DNA of 62,370 nucleotides, filler included, from Sphacelaria rigidula (Eukaryota): assembly GCA_964200075.2 (NCBI GenBank). It is 11 parts of 11 records of this genome, joined end to end, with 100 filler letters (N's around TTAATTAATTAA, not from the genome) between each part and the next. Parts side by side here need not be neighbours in the genome. Positions count along the whole stretch, not along the records: positions 1 to 5,580 come from CAXNAA020026141.1; positions 5,681 to 11,259 come from CAXNAA020026142.1; positions 11,360 to 16,938 come from CAXNAA020026143.1; 8 more parts are not named here. The stretch is one strand, 5' to 3'. Of this stretch, positions 1 to 12,067 are shown one piece after another. The notes beneath the pieces were generated by a model. The model saw only the letters and a program-made list of their open reading frames with translations, was not told where the DNA came from and did no database searches. The position numbers and the translations under genes are program-made. The stretch's first letter is position 1. The number at the start of each line of letters is the position of its first letter.

Positions 1-75
1 CGGCTGATGCGCCCACATATCCCGAAAGGGGTAGACTGGCATCCAGAATAAATGGGACGGCAACACACACAACAC
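1..75 (+). mobile_element. 3' end of tRNA-derived SINE with (CA)n tail
   Basis: GATGCGCCCACATAT..CGAAAGG..TAGAC.GGC.TCCAGAATA.ATGGGAC..CAACACAC matches the 3' ends of the copies at 31531-31892 and 54001-54365. Confidence 0.8.
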
Positions 76-174
76 TGTCCCATATCAAGTCGGAAAACAA
101 CCGTTTGATACAATGTTGAACAAACGGTTGATCCCGCCGCAACCCCAGGACTGGCCTCCTTCATACCGGGGTCA

Positions 175-870
175 TGCTCGGCGTAGTGCATGGCCCCGAT
201 TTTGTTCTACATGGCTTCGGAGAACACGCGGATTGTGTAGTGTGTAGCACGGTAGTTGCTAGAGTCCGATATTTTTCTCCTTTCCAGTTCAAGTGCCTCC
301 GCTACGTACTCTATCCCCGCCCCCCGATATCACTTCATTATCGCCTCCGCCATGTGATGTAGGAAATGCCAGTCACCCGCGTATATCCTGAGCTATTAAT
401 ATTTGCGGGGGGTACTCCGGACGAGGTGGTACATGAACCAAAACGTATCCTCGTCGCCGGCAACCGTACACGTCGCAGCTGCACCCCTCACCCACGCGGC
501 GTGGGCCAGCTATCCGGTGGATCGCGGCTTTCGAGTTGGCCCAACTCTTCGTGCCCCCGAACTGCATGGACAGGTACTTGGACACTTGCTGCTCCCTCTG
601 CATTGAAGATGTCGCCTGCTCCGGAGTATCGATGGTGCGGCGAAGAAAGAGCTCATGAGGTTGCTGTTGCACAGTGTTTCATACCTTCAGATCACGATAT
701 GAATCCCGGCCCCATTGTGGTAGCATCCGCCTGGTCACAGGATCACCCCGTAACTCCCCTGCTGTGAACCATACATGTCGGCATAGTAGGTTGAACCGGC
801 ATTCGCACACACCTGCTACGAGCGGGGCCAGCCAAGGGTAGGCGCGAACCTCGCTCAGGCGACGCACGGC
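175..870 (-). pseudogene. Degenerate DUF6589-like (GDxxT / GxxH motif) putative transposase fragment
   Basis: My manual minus-strand translation of about 470 to 200 reads TVAGDEDTFWFMYHLVRSTPRKY**LRIYAGDWHFLHHMAEAIMK*YRGAGIEYVAEALELERRKISDSSNYRATHYTIRVFSEAM. It has in-frame stops. Family assignment is from motif recall only. Confidence 0.5.
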
Positions 871-1340
871 GAGATTTTAGGACTTGGACGCTGAAATTTC
901 GACAGTAGCTTTTTATGATCAAAATGCAGAAGATCACATGAGCAGCAAAGAAAAAAATGAAAAAGAAGAAAGTTAGAGGGATTCGAGATTTCATAAAATA
1001 AAAACAAGATAATGCCATAAGTCCAGGAAAAAATGGAGAATCTGCAGCTGGAGTCGTGAAGTATCGGTTCCTTGGGTGCAGAAGGTCTTCCTGAAATTCA
1101 GCTCAAGACTAGTCGAATTAGGCCGTGCGTTTGACATTTTCCGTGACGCTGGTCCACCCCACTAATACCCAGTGCGGGGTGGTTGCTGACGTGAACCCGC
1201 CGCATTAAAAAAAACGCACTCCGATACGCTATCGCTCAACGGTATCAGACCCACCCTGTACCCTATGCAGTAAGCTGCATACGACGCCAATCGAACAGCG
1301 ACGCAGTCCTTTGTCATCAGGTGGGTCAGCNNNNNNNNNN

Positions 1341-4300
1341 GATATGCTTACATCGGGTTCATCCGGGAAACTGGGGAAGCTGTGGCGTGAGCAAGTTTTA
1401 GCAGCTTTTAAGCTGGCCCAGCTCGTATGGTGCTAACGTTTGTGTTGCAGCTGATATCCTTGCGTGCGGTAAAGACGACAATACAATCCCTCGGTGAGGG
1501 CAACCGAAGGGCATCTACCGGGAATTCCAACCCGCCCTACTGCCACAGGCTCGGTACCAGGTATTTCGTCTGGACCAGCGGGGCACGGCGGCTGTTGGGG
1601 TTCAAAGAGGCTACTAAGACGGGCAAGACGACGTTGGAGCGGAATGGCAGCTCGTATAATCGCCACCGTCAGAGGAAAAGAAGTCCACAACTCCGCGCAG
1701 GCATTCAGCCACAGTACACACAGACGCAGATGACTCATTTCACCTGTCGAAGTTCCAGCTCCAAGCAAGTGTGATGTTGCCACCGCCGCCTAAGATCCTT
1801 GCCACGGCGCATCCGAAAGCTGCTTCATCGAACACGGAGATATAGGTATCCCATATCTCGCCGTCCATGTGCCAGTGTGGTCCTGTCATCACATCCGCGC
1901 CCACGAGATGATCTTGGTTGCGATGGGTCTGTATGAGCGACATATCACCACACGAGGTTGCCACAATCACAGAAGTGGCGGGTTACAGCACACACGTGTA
2001 CGGTGCCCCCAGTAACAGCCATCGTCGCCTGAAAGTCGCACTTGTCCCAAGGGATCGCAGCAGCTCTCAAGGCAACAAACATCAGGTGCCTGTCCAACCT
2101 CAACTCCACGAAGTACTGCTCGCGCTTGTATCGCGTAGACTCTGCCATGCAGAATCCGTGAGCGGCGACACAATCAATGGACGCCACAGGTGTGCCGTGC
2201 GTTTTCAACACCAGCGCCGAAATTGAGGTCACGTATCGCCCTGAACCTCCGATCCAGAACAGTTTTGACGAGGATTCGTACCAACATTTAAAGTCTCCCA
2301 GCCTGCTTCTTCCTCTGCCTCTCCTTCCGCAAAGATTCGTCCCGTTTCGCCGATCCATAAGCCGTTGCGCTGGCGCGGGACATCGCCGACTCCCCTTCAA
2401 CTTGACCGCCCTGTCCATGGTGTGATGCACCTCCAGCACACTCCTCCGTGGCGCCCACCACTCCCGGCCCCCCAACCCGCGACGCCGGCGCAGCCGCATC
2501 AACCATCGGGGTAATGTAGGTCTCATCTCCCGACATACCTGTTGTTCTTGTTGTCGCGTCCCCCCCGGCCGCGAACCATAAGCCGGGGTCATTAGCCGGC
2601 ACCGTTAGATGGTACATACTGTCCATCAAGTCCAACAGAGTCGACGGTGTATCCTGCTTCCGGAAATCTCCCACGGGGCGGATTCTTGTCTCGGGGTCAG
2701 CAGTGTATTATTCAGTCTCGTTCCCCGACACGTTACGCAGTTCAGTCGCACCTTCGATGTCCTTCCTGACGATAGATCTAGCCGCTATCACCAAGGCCAG
2801 TTTATCCTCCGCATACCCTTGAGCTGTGACGTGCCCAAGCACGGACATGAGGGGCGGACCATCGTGGAGCCGGGCATCGAGGAGAGAGACCGAACGCTCG
2901 AGTTATTGCACCCTGGCACGGATTGTCCGAAGTTTCACATCAACTGCGCCATTGCTATCTCAGGTGCCACTGCCTAAGGCAGAAGTTACACGGACTTCCG
3001 TCGGCCATCACCTGCGGCCCCCTCAACCTCGCTCACCTCCTTAACCTCAGCGTTGGCTGTGCCGCCACCTCACCACCGTTCCGAAAATCGCCATCGCCGA
3101 TCCCGGTAGCGCCCGTCGCCGACAGTCCGGGCCAGTGCTGTGTTCCTAGCTTCTGTCAGCCACGATTGGACGTTTTCCAGGCGCACTATTTACCCCGCCT
3201 CAAGGTTCGCTGCTACCTTCCTCCGTACTTGTACGACGAACTCCGGGTCGGTAGACTGAGGATCAGGAGTGAAATCTACCGTTGGAGGTGTGGGACAGTG
3301 CGCGCGGATGGACTTGGTATTTTGCCTACCGCTGTTGCGCCTGTGTCTCTCGAAGGAGGGCAGAAAACAATCATCGCAGCTGCACAAGCAACCCGAACTG
3401 GGTGGGTAGCTCTGCAGAAGCGCAATGGCGCGCGCGCTAGTGTCATCTACACACTCCGGGGATATTTGCGCCTGTGCAACATGTGCAGCACCAAGATGAC
3501 CCCAGAATTTTCCTTCGCCGGGCCCCGGTCGATGGCACGCCACGCACAGCCGCGATGCCGGGTCGTGTGTCTGACCACAATGTGAGTGCGTATATCACTC
3601 GCCTTCGACGAGGAGGAACGTGATGCCACACTCGTCGCTACCACAGCCCCGCTTCGGTCTTCCACGACCGCTGTTTCCACTGACGGGTTTCGACTCAGCC
3701 GGCGTCTATTGCTCTCTCCTATAGCTATCATGATTTCCGGGATGGCCGTGTGCACTGCTGCGTCGCCTCGGTATCCTCCTTCGTTCACCGCGTCTTTGAT
3801 GTATTGGGGCTTCCCGATCCTTTGTCACATAGCCGCTAGTGCGAATTGTTGGCATTGATGCAACCTCCTCCTCTTCAGACCCCGCCGCAGATGCGCTGCC
3901 GACGTCTGGACACGTTCCTGTGGCGATGTCAGGTGCAGCTGCGCGTCTGCCCCCCCTTTTTTTTTTCGCCTCGATTCTGATCTCAAAGCGTTGGAATGTG
4001 TAGGTTTCGAGGAGCACGGTGAGCCCGATCGCTTGTTGCAGTGTCCCGAGGGCGCTGAAAAGCTGCCCGGCAACCCTTCTGGAGGCCCCAGTTGGGGATA
4101 CGGGTGTCGGTATAACCTCGGGAGAATGTAGTGCCTTCAACTCCTCTTTCTTTGCCCGATCCCTGTGCTGTAATGCAGCCTCCTGTTGCTCAGTCCATGT
4201 TCCCCATCCGTTACTCACATCCGGGTGGAGCATGCCGGGATGTGCCTCTCCCGGACCCGGACGGGGCACGTCTTTTCTTCGCCTTGGAAGAAAGAGTAGA

Positions 4301-5489
4301 ACTCTTTCACCTCCGAGGATCTCCCGCCTGTAGTTCCTCTGCCTTCGCGAGTGGTGGTGCCTACTTCGTGGAGGATTGTCGTCGGCCCAGTCGATGCCGA
4401 TAGCTCCCTGTCTGTCTACCTCGGACGCGCAGTTACTAGAGCCTGTAGGTGGGACCTCCCCTGGACGATCGACTGTCTGCTTTTCCACTCTGCCAGCTCC
4501 ACCGATCGTCACGCCCCCCACCACCCCCTCGGTTTCTACGGGTGCACCATCAGCGACCGCGCCTGGCGTCCCAGTGTCACTGAACAGAGCAATCGTCCTG
4601 TTCATCCCATAGGGCTGGGGATCCTGCTCTTCTCACACTGCGCCTCCGTCGCTGGCCTCATGTAGGCACAACCGCTTTGTGGGAATCGATGTGTCGTGTC
4701 CGCAGCAGTCTCAGGATAGATGTCAACGTTGGTGTGCTCAAAATAACAAGAGAAAACGCTAACAGTCTTCTATTTGATTTTCTGTACTGTACTTCGTGTC
4801 GTCCCACTAAACTAAATACTCATAGTCGTAGCCTGCCTACGCAATCCAAACCGAGATTCGAACCGAATCTAGGGAGGGAGAGAGAAGAGCAACGTGAGGG
4901 CGCAGAGAGTGCTATCTGGGCCCACCCTTGTGTCTCTTCACCCCTTCTTTCGTACATGACAACAAGCTTGTGGTGTAATCCCTTAAAGAACCCTCACTTC
5001 AGGCTTGGAGTACACCCCCACAGCTCAGGAAAATGGCGAAATCGCTGCAACTCCTCTAAGAAATCCGTGCCCCAAACTCTCAGAACTTCCGATCCTGCAC
5101 ACAAGTCTCCTTGACTTTCATCCCTTCAGTCTCGAATACACCCACATGCATGCAACCAGAAGCTCAAACTACGGGGTGCAGTACCGTAGATTACTACAGT
5201 ATCATCCTTGTTCCCCGGATGAGACCTAATTTCACTGCTGTTACTCCGATCCCCACACGCACGTTTCTTCTTTTCAGTTTAGGACTGGTTCAGCACGAAA
5301 TAATAACGCCCCCGAGAACTCGGCTCATGACAAGAGTAAATCGCGTGGGTTCAGTGTGTAGTACATATGCTTTATTGCAATCTAGTTAAATTGCTTCAGT
5401 AGAAATGTTTGAGTAGCTCGGCAGATGAGATCCCATCTGCGAGCCCACCCGGTAGCTAATTGCCTATGGTAGTAGTCCACTGACTAACA
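1341..5489 (-). mobile_element. Highly degenerate Ty3/Gypsy element (putative LTR, gag-like region, protease remnant)
   Basis: About 2030-1890 reads VTGGTVHVCAV..ATSVIVATSCGDMSL..DHLVGADVM, resembling the protease of the 22718-28296 Gypsy (LHTSWGPMVL..VLILGSGTL). Many stops and frameshifts. A candidate LTR lies at 5328-5489. Confidence 0.5.
5328..5489 (-). repeat. Putative 5' LTR
   Basis: On the minus strand it is bounded by TG...CA, contains AATAAA and lies upstream of the gag-like region. No second copy is present to confirm it. Confidence 0.35.
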
Positions 5490-5525
5490 ACATTATTCGT
5501 GCGTCGGGCTATTTTGCATACGTCG

Positions 5526-5580
5526 GACGAGCACGAGTGTCACTCGTGGCACTCGTGCTCGTTGGGCTGCTCGTTGGCCG
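5526..5580. repeat. Short inverted-repeat/hairpin (MITE-like), cut by contig end
   Basis: GACGAGCACGAGTG..CACTCGTG..CACTCGTGCTCGT is self-complementary. Confidence 0.45.
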
Positions 5581-5680
5581 NNNNNNNNNNNNNNNNNNNN
5601 NNNNNNNNNNNNNNNNNNNNNNNNTTAATTAATTAANNNNNNNNNNNNNNNNNNNNNNNNNNNNNNNNNNNNNNNNNNNN
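5581..5680. other. Artificial contig-joining linker (44 N + TTAATTAATTAA + 44 N); first of 10
   Basis: Identical 100-bp linkers start at 5581, 11260, 16939, 22618, 28297, 33976, 39655, 45334, 51013 and 56692 (period 5679). The intervening contigs are 5579 bp (the first is 5580). TTAATTAATTAA gives stops in all six frames. Confidence 0.97.
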
Positions 5681-5899
5681 GGCCTTCTATCTTCGCCCTG
5701 GCGGCCCAAGGGCCCCCCCCCCCCCCCCCCCCCTCCCCGGAGCGAAATCGAAATGAGTACGCCCCCCCCCCCTCCCCGGAAACGAGCCTGGCTCTGTCTA
5801 CTTGTCTCTTGTATTTCTTTCTCTACATTTTATTCTTCTATTTTCTTTTTTCTTCCATTTTTCTCTTTTTTGTTTTTGTTTTTTTCTGATCACGATCTG

Positions 5900-8800
5900 G
5901 ACGACGCCAGCTGCCCTTTGAGAGTAATGCTCCATCGGGCGTGCCCCTTCCTCTTCAGATCGTTCCCTTCCTTCAACCTGGCATGATGAGGGTCACGCGA
6001 CGCTCCAAGATGGATCTGCAAGCTGTCAAGTGCTGCTATCTCAACAACGGCTGCAACCATTCATCCTCAACTGTCAAGGTCATCAAAGCCTCAACCGGCC
6101 CCGTCTGTTATACCAATAAGGTGGTCTGGACAGTGCCCCGTCCACCACTCCAACCATCAGCGCCGCTCGACGGAAGGTGGGGGAACACAGTAACACTAAG
6201 ACTTCAGCTTCCGCCGCCGCCAACTTGCCGCCGCACCACCATGCCTCGCAACCACATCATCCCGAACCCGCCGCCACCGTCTACAACCCGCCGCTGCCAC
6301 CAAACCATGCTCCCTCACAACCACATGCTTCCACCGCTGCCGCCAATTTGCCGCCGCCAATTTGCCGCCGCCACCAAACCATGCTCCCTCGCAACCACAT
6401 GCTTCCGCCGCCGCCAAACCATGCTCCCTCACCATTACATCATCCCGCACCCGCCGCCGCCGTCTATACCCCGCCGCCGCCGCGAAACCATGCCCACTCA
6501 CAACCGCACCACCATGCCGCCGCTACCGCCGACTTGCCGCCGCGCCGACGTCCTGCTCCATCACACCATATCGCAACCGCCGCCGCCGTCTAAAACCCGC
6601 CGCCGCCGCGAAACCAAACTATCCCACTACCGCAATCACATGCCGCCGCCGCCAACTTGCCGCCACCGCCACATCGTACTGGTCCGCGAACTTACTATCC
6701 CATCTCACCACGACCATATTATACTGCTCCGCTGGGACGACACCACAAACCTTCCAATCTCGTCCCGCCGCGACCTTTGAGTGTTTTTCCGCCGCGATAT
6801 CGACCTTATTATCCTATTTCCCCGCAACCGCAACATACTTTGCCACCGCCACTACGTCGCACACGCGTGCCACCACCGACATTCACACCGACTCGTGCGG
6901 CACATCATTCACCTCTACCTTCCGCCACATCGTCGGCACCACCACCATCCGTCGCCACGCGACACAAACAAAACCAGCGCGACATATGGCCGACTTCACC
7001 ACCCCAGCAACCTCATTCGCTGCACCGTCAACCAACTTCACCCTCGATTTTCAAAGGCTCTTTGGCACCATCATCCATTTCAGAGGCTTCATCAACAACT
7101 CACCATCTACAAGACCGCTCTCTGTCACCGTTGCCCGACAGGGTGGTAGAGGAACTTGACCTGAGCAGTGACCCTCGGCAACCGGGGAGGACCCGATCGG
7201 AGACGTCCCAGCATACAGCCGAGAGGAAGGGGGGCGACAGCATTACATTTATTCATCATGAGAGGGATCTTTTTGCGCAGCTCGACAAACCATCCCTTTT
7301 ATCCGCCCACTTGACGCGCTCCGCAATAGAGGCCGGACGGAAGCGACAGGGGGATGGGGCAGGGGGGCGCAAGGGTTTGCAAAATCGGACTGCGACTACG
7401 ATGGCAACGCGCGAGGACATCAACATAGCGATGAAGGAGGAGCGTCCGCCGCATGAACCACCTAGACTTCCCCATCGCCCAGTGAAAGAGTTGACCACAC
7501 CGAAGACGTACGCTGAAGCAATTCGTCCGGAACAGGGAGGAGTATGGGAGGACTCCATGGTGCGAGAGTTTCAAGACCTGAAGGAAGCGGGAACCATGGA
7601 TGCGGTAATATAGCAATCAGTAGATAATATCATTCCCGCGAAGTGGGTTTACAACTGAAAGGCTGATGAGTTTGGGTGGCCAACAAAAACAAATCAAGAC
7701 TGGTCGCAAGGGGAGATTGACAACGGGCAGACATTGACTGTGGTGAGTTATATGCAACTACAGTAGCGGTTTCGAGTGTACGATTGCTGACAGCACTTGC
7801 TTGTGAGCAAAATCTTTCGTTGCGCCATTTCGATATCGAGCAAGCTTTTGTGCAGTCCGTACTGGACGAAGATGTTTTTATGCGTTTCCCTCATGGCTGG
7901 GGTAATTTATCTGGTAAGGTGGTGAGACTCAATATACCACTATATGGCCTCAAACAGGCTTCGAGACGGTGGCATCTTCATTAGCAGGATGCCGTAGGAA
8001 TCAAGGTTTTGATCAGTGCTTGGCGGATTCGTGTGTGTTCCGACTGATGGAGGACAACCAAGTAGTGATCACCTTGGTGGTATATGTAGATGATATTTTT
8101 GCCGGAGGGGATGAGGAAAGGTGTGATAGATTTGGTGCACAGCTGAACACGATGGTTCTAGTCAAAGATCTAGGAGAACTGAGACGATATTCGGGACTAC
8201 ATTACGAGAGAAACTTGAAAAGGGGGACCCTCACTGTATCGCAACAGACTTTTGCAGAGGAGTTGGCGGAGGAGTACCACATATCATGGGGGAATAAGAC
8301 GCCTATGAGTGCAGGTGTAAAACTAGAGGATTTTAATGAGGATGAGCAGGTCACGACTTTCCCATTCAGAGAATTGGTAGGGTCACTCATGTGGCTGGCA
8401 AACCAGACTAGACCGAATATTTGTAACGCGGTGAGAGTGGTAGCGAGATATTGCGCATCCCCAAGGTTGATTCACTGGCGCACTGCTCGTGGTATACTTA
8501 GGTATGTTCGGCGAACGAGTACACATTGGGCATTACTTTTCGGAGAGGCAGTTTGCAAGGTCTCAGCTTTCAAGCATATGCTGATGCAGATTACGCGAGT
8601 AAGGCTGCCGATAGGCGATCAGTGTCGGGTGGACTAGTCACGTGCGGGGATGGATGTGTGTCATGGTTCTCAAGGACGCAAATGTGTGTGACGTTGTCGA
8701 CTTCTGAAGCAGAACACGTTGCAATGACCGACTTGGTGAAGGAGGTGCTATTTTTGAGGCAGGTGTCGGAATTCATGCTGCCTGAAGTTGGAGAGACGTG

Positions 8801-8990
8801 TATCCCGATGTTCGAAGACAATCAGCGTGCTATTCGAATGGCACAGAACCCCGTATCGAACTCCAACTCTGAACACATCGATGCAAGATATCATTTTATC
8901 AGGGAAGTAGAGGGAAGACGGGACATTTCAAATATTCATGTCAGATCTGAGTACCAGCATGCCGATTTTTTTACGAAGGTTTCATCGGCA
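5900..8990 (+). mobile_element. Degenerate Ty1/Copia pol: post-integrase SH3-like region, Pro-rich spacer, RT and RNase H
   Basis: Motifs SKMDLQAVKCCYL..KASTGPVCYTNKVVW; IPAKWVY; HFDIEQAFVQ; LYGLKQASR; LVVYVDDIF; FRELVGSLMWLANQTRP; AYADADYA..DRRSVSG; LSTSEAE; EDNQ; HIDARYHFIRE; QHADFFTK. Stops and frameshifts throughout; no LTR seen. Confidence 0.95.
6205..6680 (+). repeat. Degenerate C-rich tandem repeats (CCGCCGCCGCCAA / CCATGCTCCCTC / CAACCACAT modules)
   Basis: Recurrent modules inside the Copia spacer give long Pro/His/Arg-rich ORFs in all three plus frames. Confidence 0.75.
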
Positions 8991-10530
8991 GCGTGCTTTG
9001 ACTTTTGGCTACTGCATTTACGTGCAATTGAGCAGGATCGACTCCAGTGACGGTGTACAGAGTGCCATGAACCAAGCCTATGGGTGAAGACACGACTTCA
9101 GACGATGTGTTTGCAACTTGGACTACTATAGAACCATCTACTGCTGACCAGTGGGACAAGGCACGTGCAACTATCAATGATTCGAAGACGACGGGACGGT
9201 CTACTCTAGACATTTCGTCTACTGTGACTAAACGAGGCTCAACAACGACGGTACAGTCACGGATAGGACGACAGCCTGTAAACGCTGCCTCGTGAAGGGG
9301 TTCGACAGTAACGAGTTCTAGCAAGGTGACAGATATTGGTGGAGCATCGACATGTACTGCTGCTTCGGTAGACTGTGGTATGCTTGAAGGCGAGACAGGG
9401 TGTTGACTACGGTGTACTGCGGGAATGGTTTGATTTCCCGTTGAAAAGGACAGTGTTTGGTTCGACCAGTTCAGTGTGGCGCCGAATTTTGACATGCAGT
9501 TGTTGTCAAGAAGTAAAGTATCGGACAAATACACACACTGACGTGATGCAGACGGAAGACGTGATTCACGCAGCCGGACATCCCTACGAGCCACCAATTT
9601 GCTACGAAGGGGGGGTAATCCCTACCAGAGATGTCGACCTCCTGGCTGGGCCCCTTCAGTTGCCGTCGGCGTCCCCGTCGGAAGAAGGAGGAGTCCCGGC
9701 AGCGGGCGCCGGCTCCGGTGCCGGCGCCGCTGGTTCAGCCGCCCTCGCCTTCGGCTCACCTGCTGGTTTGTTGACCTTCGCCTGGTTTCCTGTCTTGGGT
9801 TTTTTCTGTGGGGAAGTGGCGTGACTAGCGGCTTTTTTCCGCGCACGGGTCTTGTCAAGCAGAAGTTTATACGTACGGGGGTTCTCGATGGCGAGACGGT
9901 CGAGGCACTCATCGTTGTAGTGAGTGTGCGGGCGGGCGCACCTACGGTAGGAGCACAACCTAGGGCGGGCGGATGGGTCCGGGGACGGTGTTTTGCGTTC
10001 AAGGTTCGATTTATTTTCCGTTTCCCACGGGGTGTTGTGAGAGGCGAAAAGGTGACTGAGGAAACCGTGTGGCCGGATGTATTGCCCGCTTCAACATTAC
10101 GAGCGCGGCCAACAGCCTCTTGCAGGGCAACGGAAGGTTTTTGTGTTGTAGACGTGTGGGGAACGGTGGGCTGGAGACCGTTCGACCACATACAGACGGC
10201 GAACGCTGTCCAAGCATCGTCGGTGCCGGGTGCCCGTTTGACGGCTGACTCATAACGGCGTGGTACCTGACGGTACCTGGTCACGTAACGTTGTACTGAT
10301 TCGGCGGGGTATTGAGTAAAAGTGGCAATGGCACGAGCGTGTTCCTGCACACCGTTGGCAGGCATGCGCAAGTCTAAAAATCCCGACGCTAACTGGTCCC
10401 ACGTGCGTGGGGGCCTGAATGAACCCTTAGAATGTACATCGTCTGGTGTGACACGATCTGACTCCCAATCGATGAGATGCGCTACACAACCTAAAAGACT
10501 CGTAGTGCGCTCGTATTTGGGTAAAGCGCT
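8971..10530 (-). mobile_element. Ty3/Gypsy gag-protease fragment
   Basis: TWDQLASGFL..FTQYPAESVQRYVTRYR (Retrotrans_gag-like); Cys/His motif CSYRRCARPHTHYNDEC; protease C-terminal-like LLLDNNCMSKFGATLNWSNQTLSF. It abuts the Copia 3' end tail-to-tail. Confidence 0.75.
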
Positions 10531-10689
10531 GTAAAGCAGTGTGAATGAGCGTTATTTATTCGAAGCAAGTGCGTTCGAACAACTGTTGGCTGCGTTCAAC
10601 GGCGATTGAAGTGGAATTTCGTAGAATAAAACGGTCCAAAATACCCCCCCACCCACCCCCCCTATCGACAGAGTGTGCCAAAAATGCCA

Positions 10690-11259
10690 TGATGCTAGAC
10701 GGGGAAACATCGAAATATTTTGATATTTTGCAACGAGTTGCACAACAATGTACATTATCACCCACTCTACTCAAGGTTTTCATTAATGAGCTGATACGAG
10801 CAATAGAAGCTGCAAATCAAGGAGTCAAGGTGGGTGAAGATGTGATATCAGGTTTGATGTTCGCAGATGATTTTGTGTGGATTTCAGGAACAGCAGGAGG
10901 ATTGCAAAAACAGATAGACAAGGCGCTAGGATACACTAGGAAATAGAGAGTGATAGCGAATGTTAACAAATGCACGGTGCTCGTCTGTAACGAAGATAAG
11001 AAAAATCCGGTAGGGTTCGAGTGGAAGTGGGGAGAAGAGGAACTGTTAAGTGTAGACCAGTATACATACCATGGCGTAGATATATCAAAACACTGTTCTT
11101 GGGATGCACACACGAACAGAGTAATGGAAAAAGGGTAAGGCACAGATAGGCAAGTTGGACGTGATCCTCAGAGACCCGCACCTAGAGACTAGGATTAAGA
11201 AATATATCCTGATGAACGTGATCGTACCAAAGCTGGAATATGCAGGAGAAGTATGGGAG
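10690..11259 (+). mobile_element. Non-LTR retrotransposon (LINE) RT fragment
   Basis: FDILQRVAQQCTLSPTLLKVFIN..GLMFADDFV..NVNKC..YTYHGV; has a stop and a frameshift. Homologous to 40530-41735. Confidence 0.93.
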
Positions 11260-11359
11260 NNNNNNNNNNNNNNNNNNNNNNNNNNNNNNNNNNNNNNNNN
11301 NNNTTAATTAATTAANNNNNNNNNNNNNNNNNNNNNNNNNNNNNNNNNNNNNNNNNNNN

Positions 11360-11431
11360 CCGTCTCGAAAGGGATGCGTGGTCAATGGTCAAATGACTAA
11401 GGCAAGCAACAAATGAGTACGCCCCCCCCCC
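11360..11431 (+). mobile_element. LINE 3' terminus ending TGAGTACG(C)n
   Basis: Matches 41670-41738 and 62340-62370. Confidence 0.75.
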
Positions 11432-11810
11432 TATCGTAGGATAACTCTGGTCTTGGTCGCATCCAAGAGACAGTTCAAGCGCCTCGTAGAACCTGGGAGG
11501 GAAGCCTGTCAGCCGGAAGCGGCCCTGTCTTTGGAGGTCCCGGACACCTGCCCATTTTACCATTTGGAATGGGATACGGACGGGGAGGGGGTTGTGATGG
11601 GGGTAAGGTCGAAAATACCACACAACGGCCCCAGAGACTCGTACATTACCGCTGCGATAGGCGGTGCAGATGGTACGCAGCATGCTGTAATAGCCACTGT
11701 GCAAGAGAGTCGAGAGAGGAACGGGAGGCTCACCGCGAAGCAGCCTATCGCGGTCACTCCCAGGGATCTGGTCGTAGGTGGGCCGGGATTCGAGCGAAGG
11801 TGGCTGAGGG

Positions 11811-12067
11811 TGTAGACTTCTGGTACTCAAGATCAGATTGCCATGTGGACTCCTCCCATCACGGGCACATGGACTTTAGCAGCTTTAGTTATTCATATAT
11901 TAACCCTCAGCATAGTACAGGAGGACAGGACCATAGTCTCTCCCCACCATAGTAGCAAAACCGGCTCTACTAGTCATGGAGGTCACCATCACAGAGTCCG
12001 GCAATCAGACCCGCAACTCTACCTACAATGTCCCTGACCTTAGGTAACAATGGTGGCTAGGTCTACA
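11811..12067 (-). repeat. 3' LTR
   Basis: Direct repeat of 16023-16279 with a 7-bp terminal inverted repeat. Preceded on the minus strand by GAGAGCTTTGGGGTTGC (weak PPT). Confidence 0.93.

Noticed and set aside
5005..5045. Integrase-like motif EYTPTAQENG
   Set aside because: Isolated, with no flanking DDE context; probably chance.
6177..7613. Extensin-like Pro-rich host protein ORFs
   Set aside because: They lie between the Copia SH3-like region and RT. Low-complexity repeats keep all frames open.
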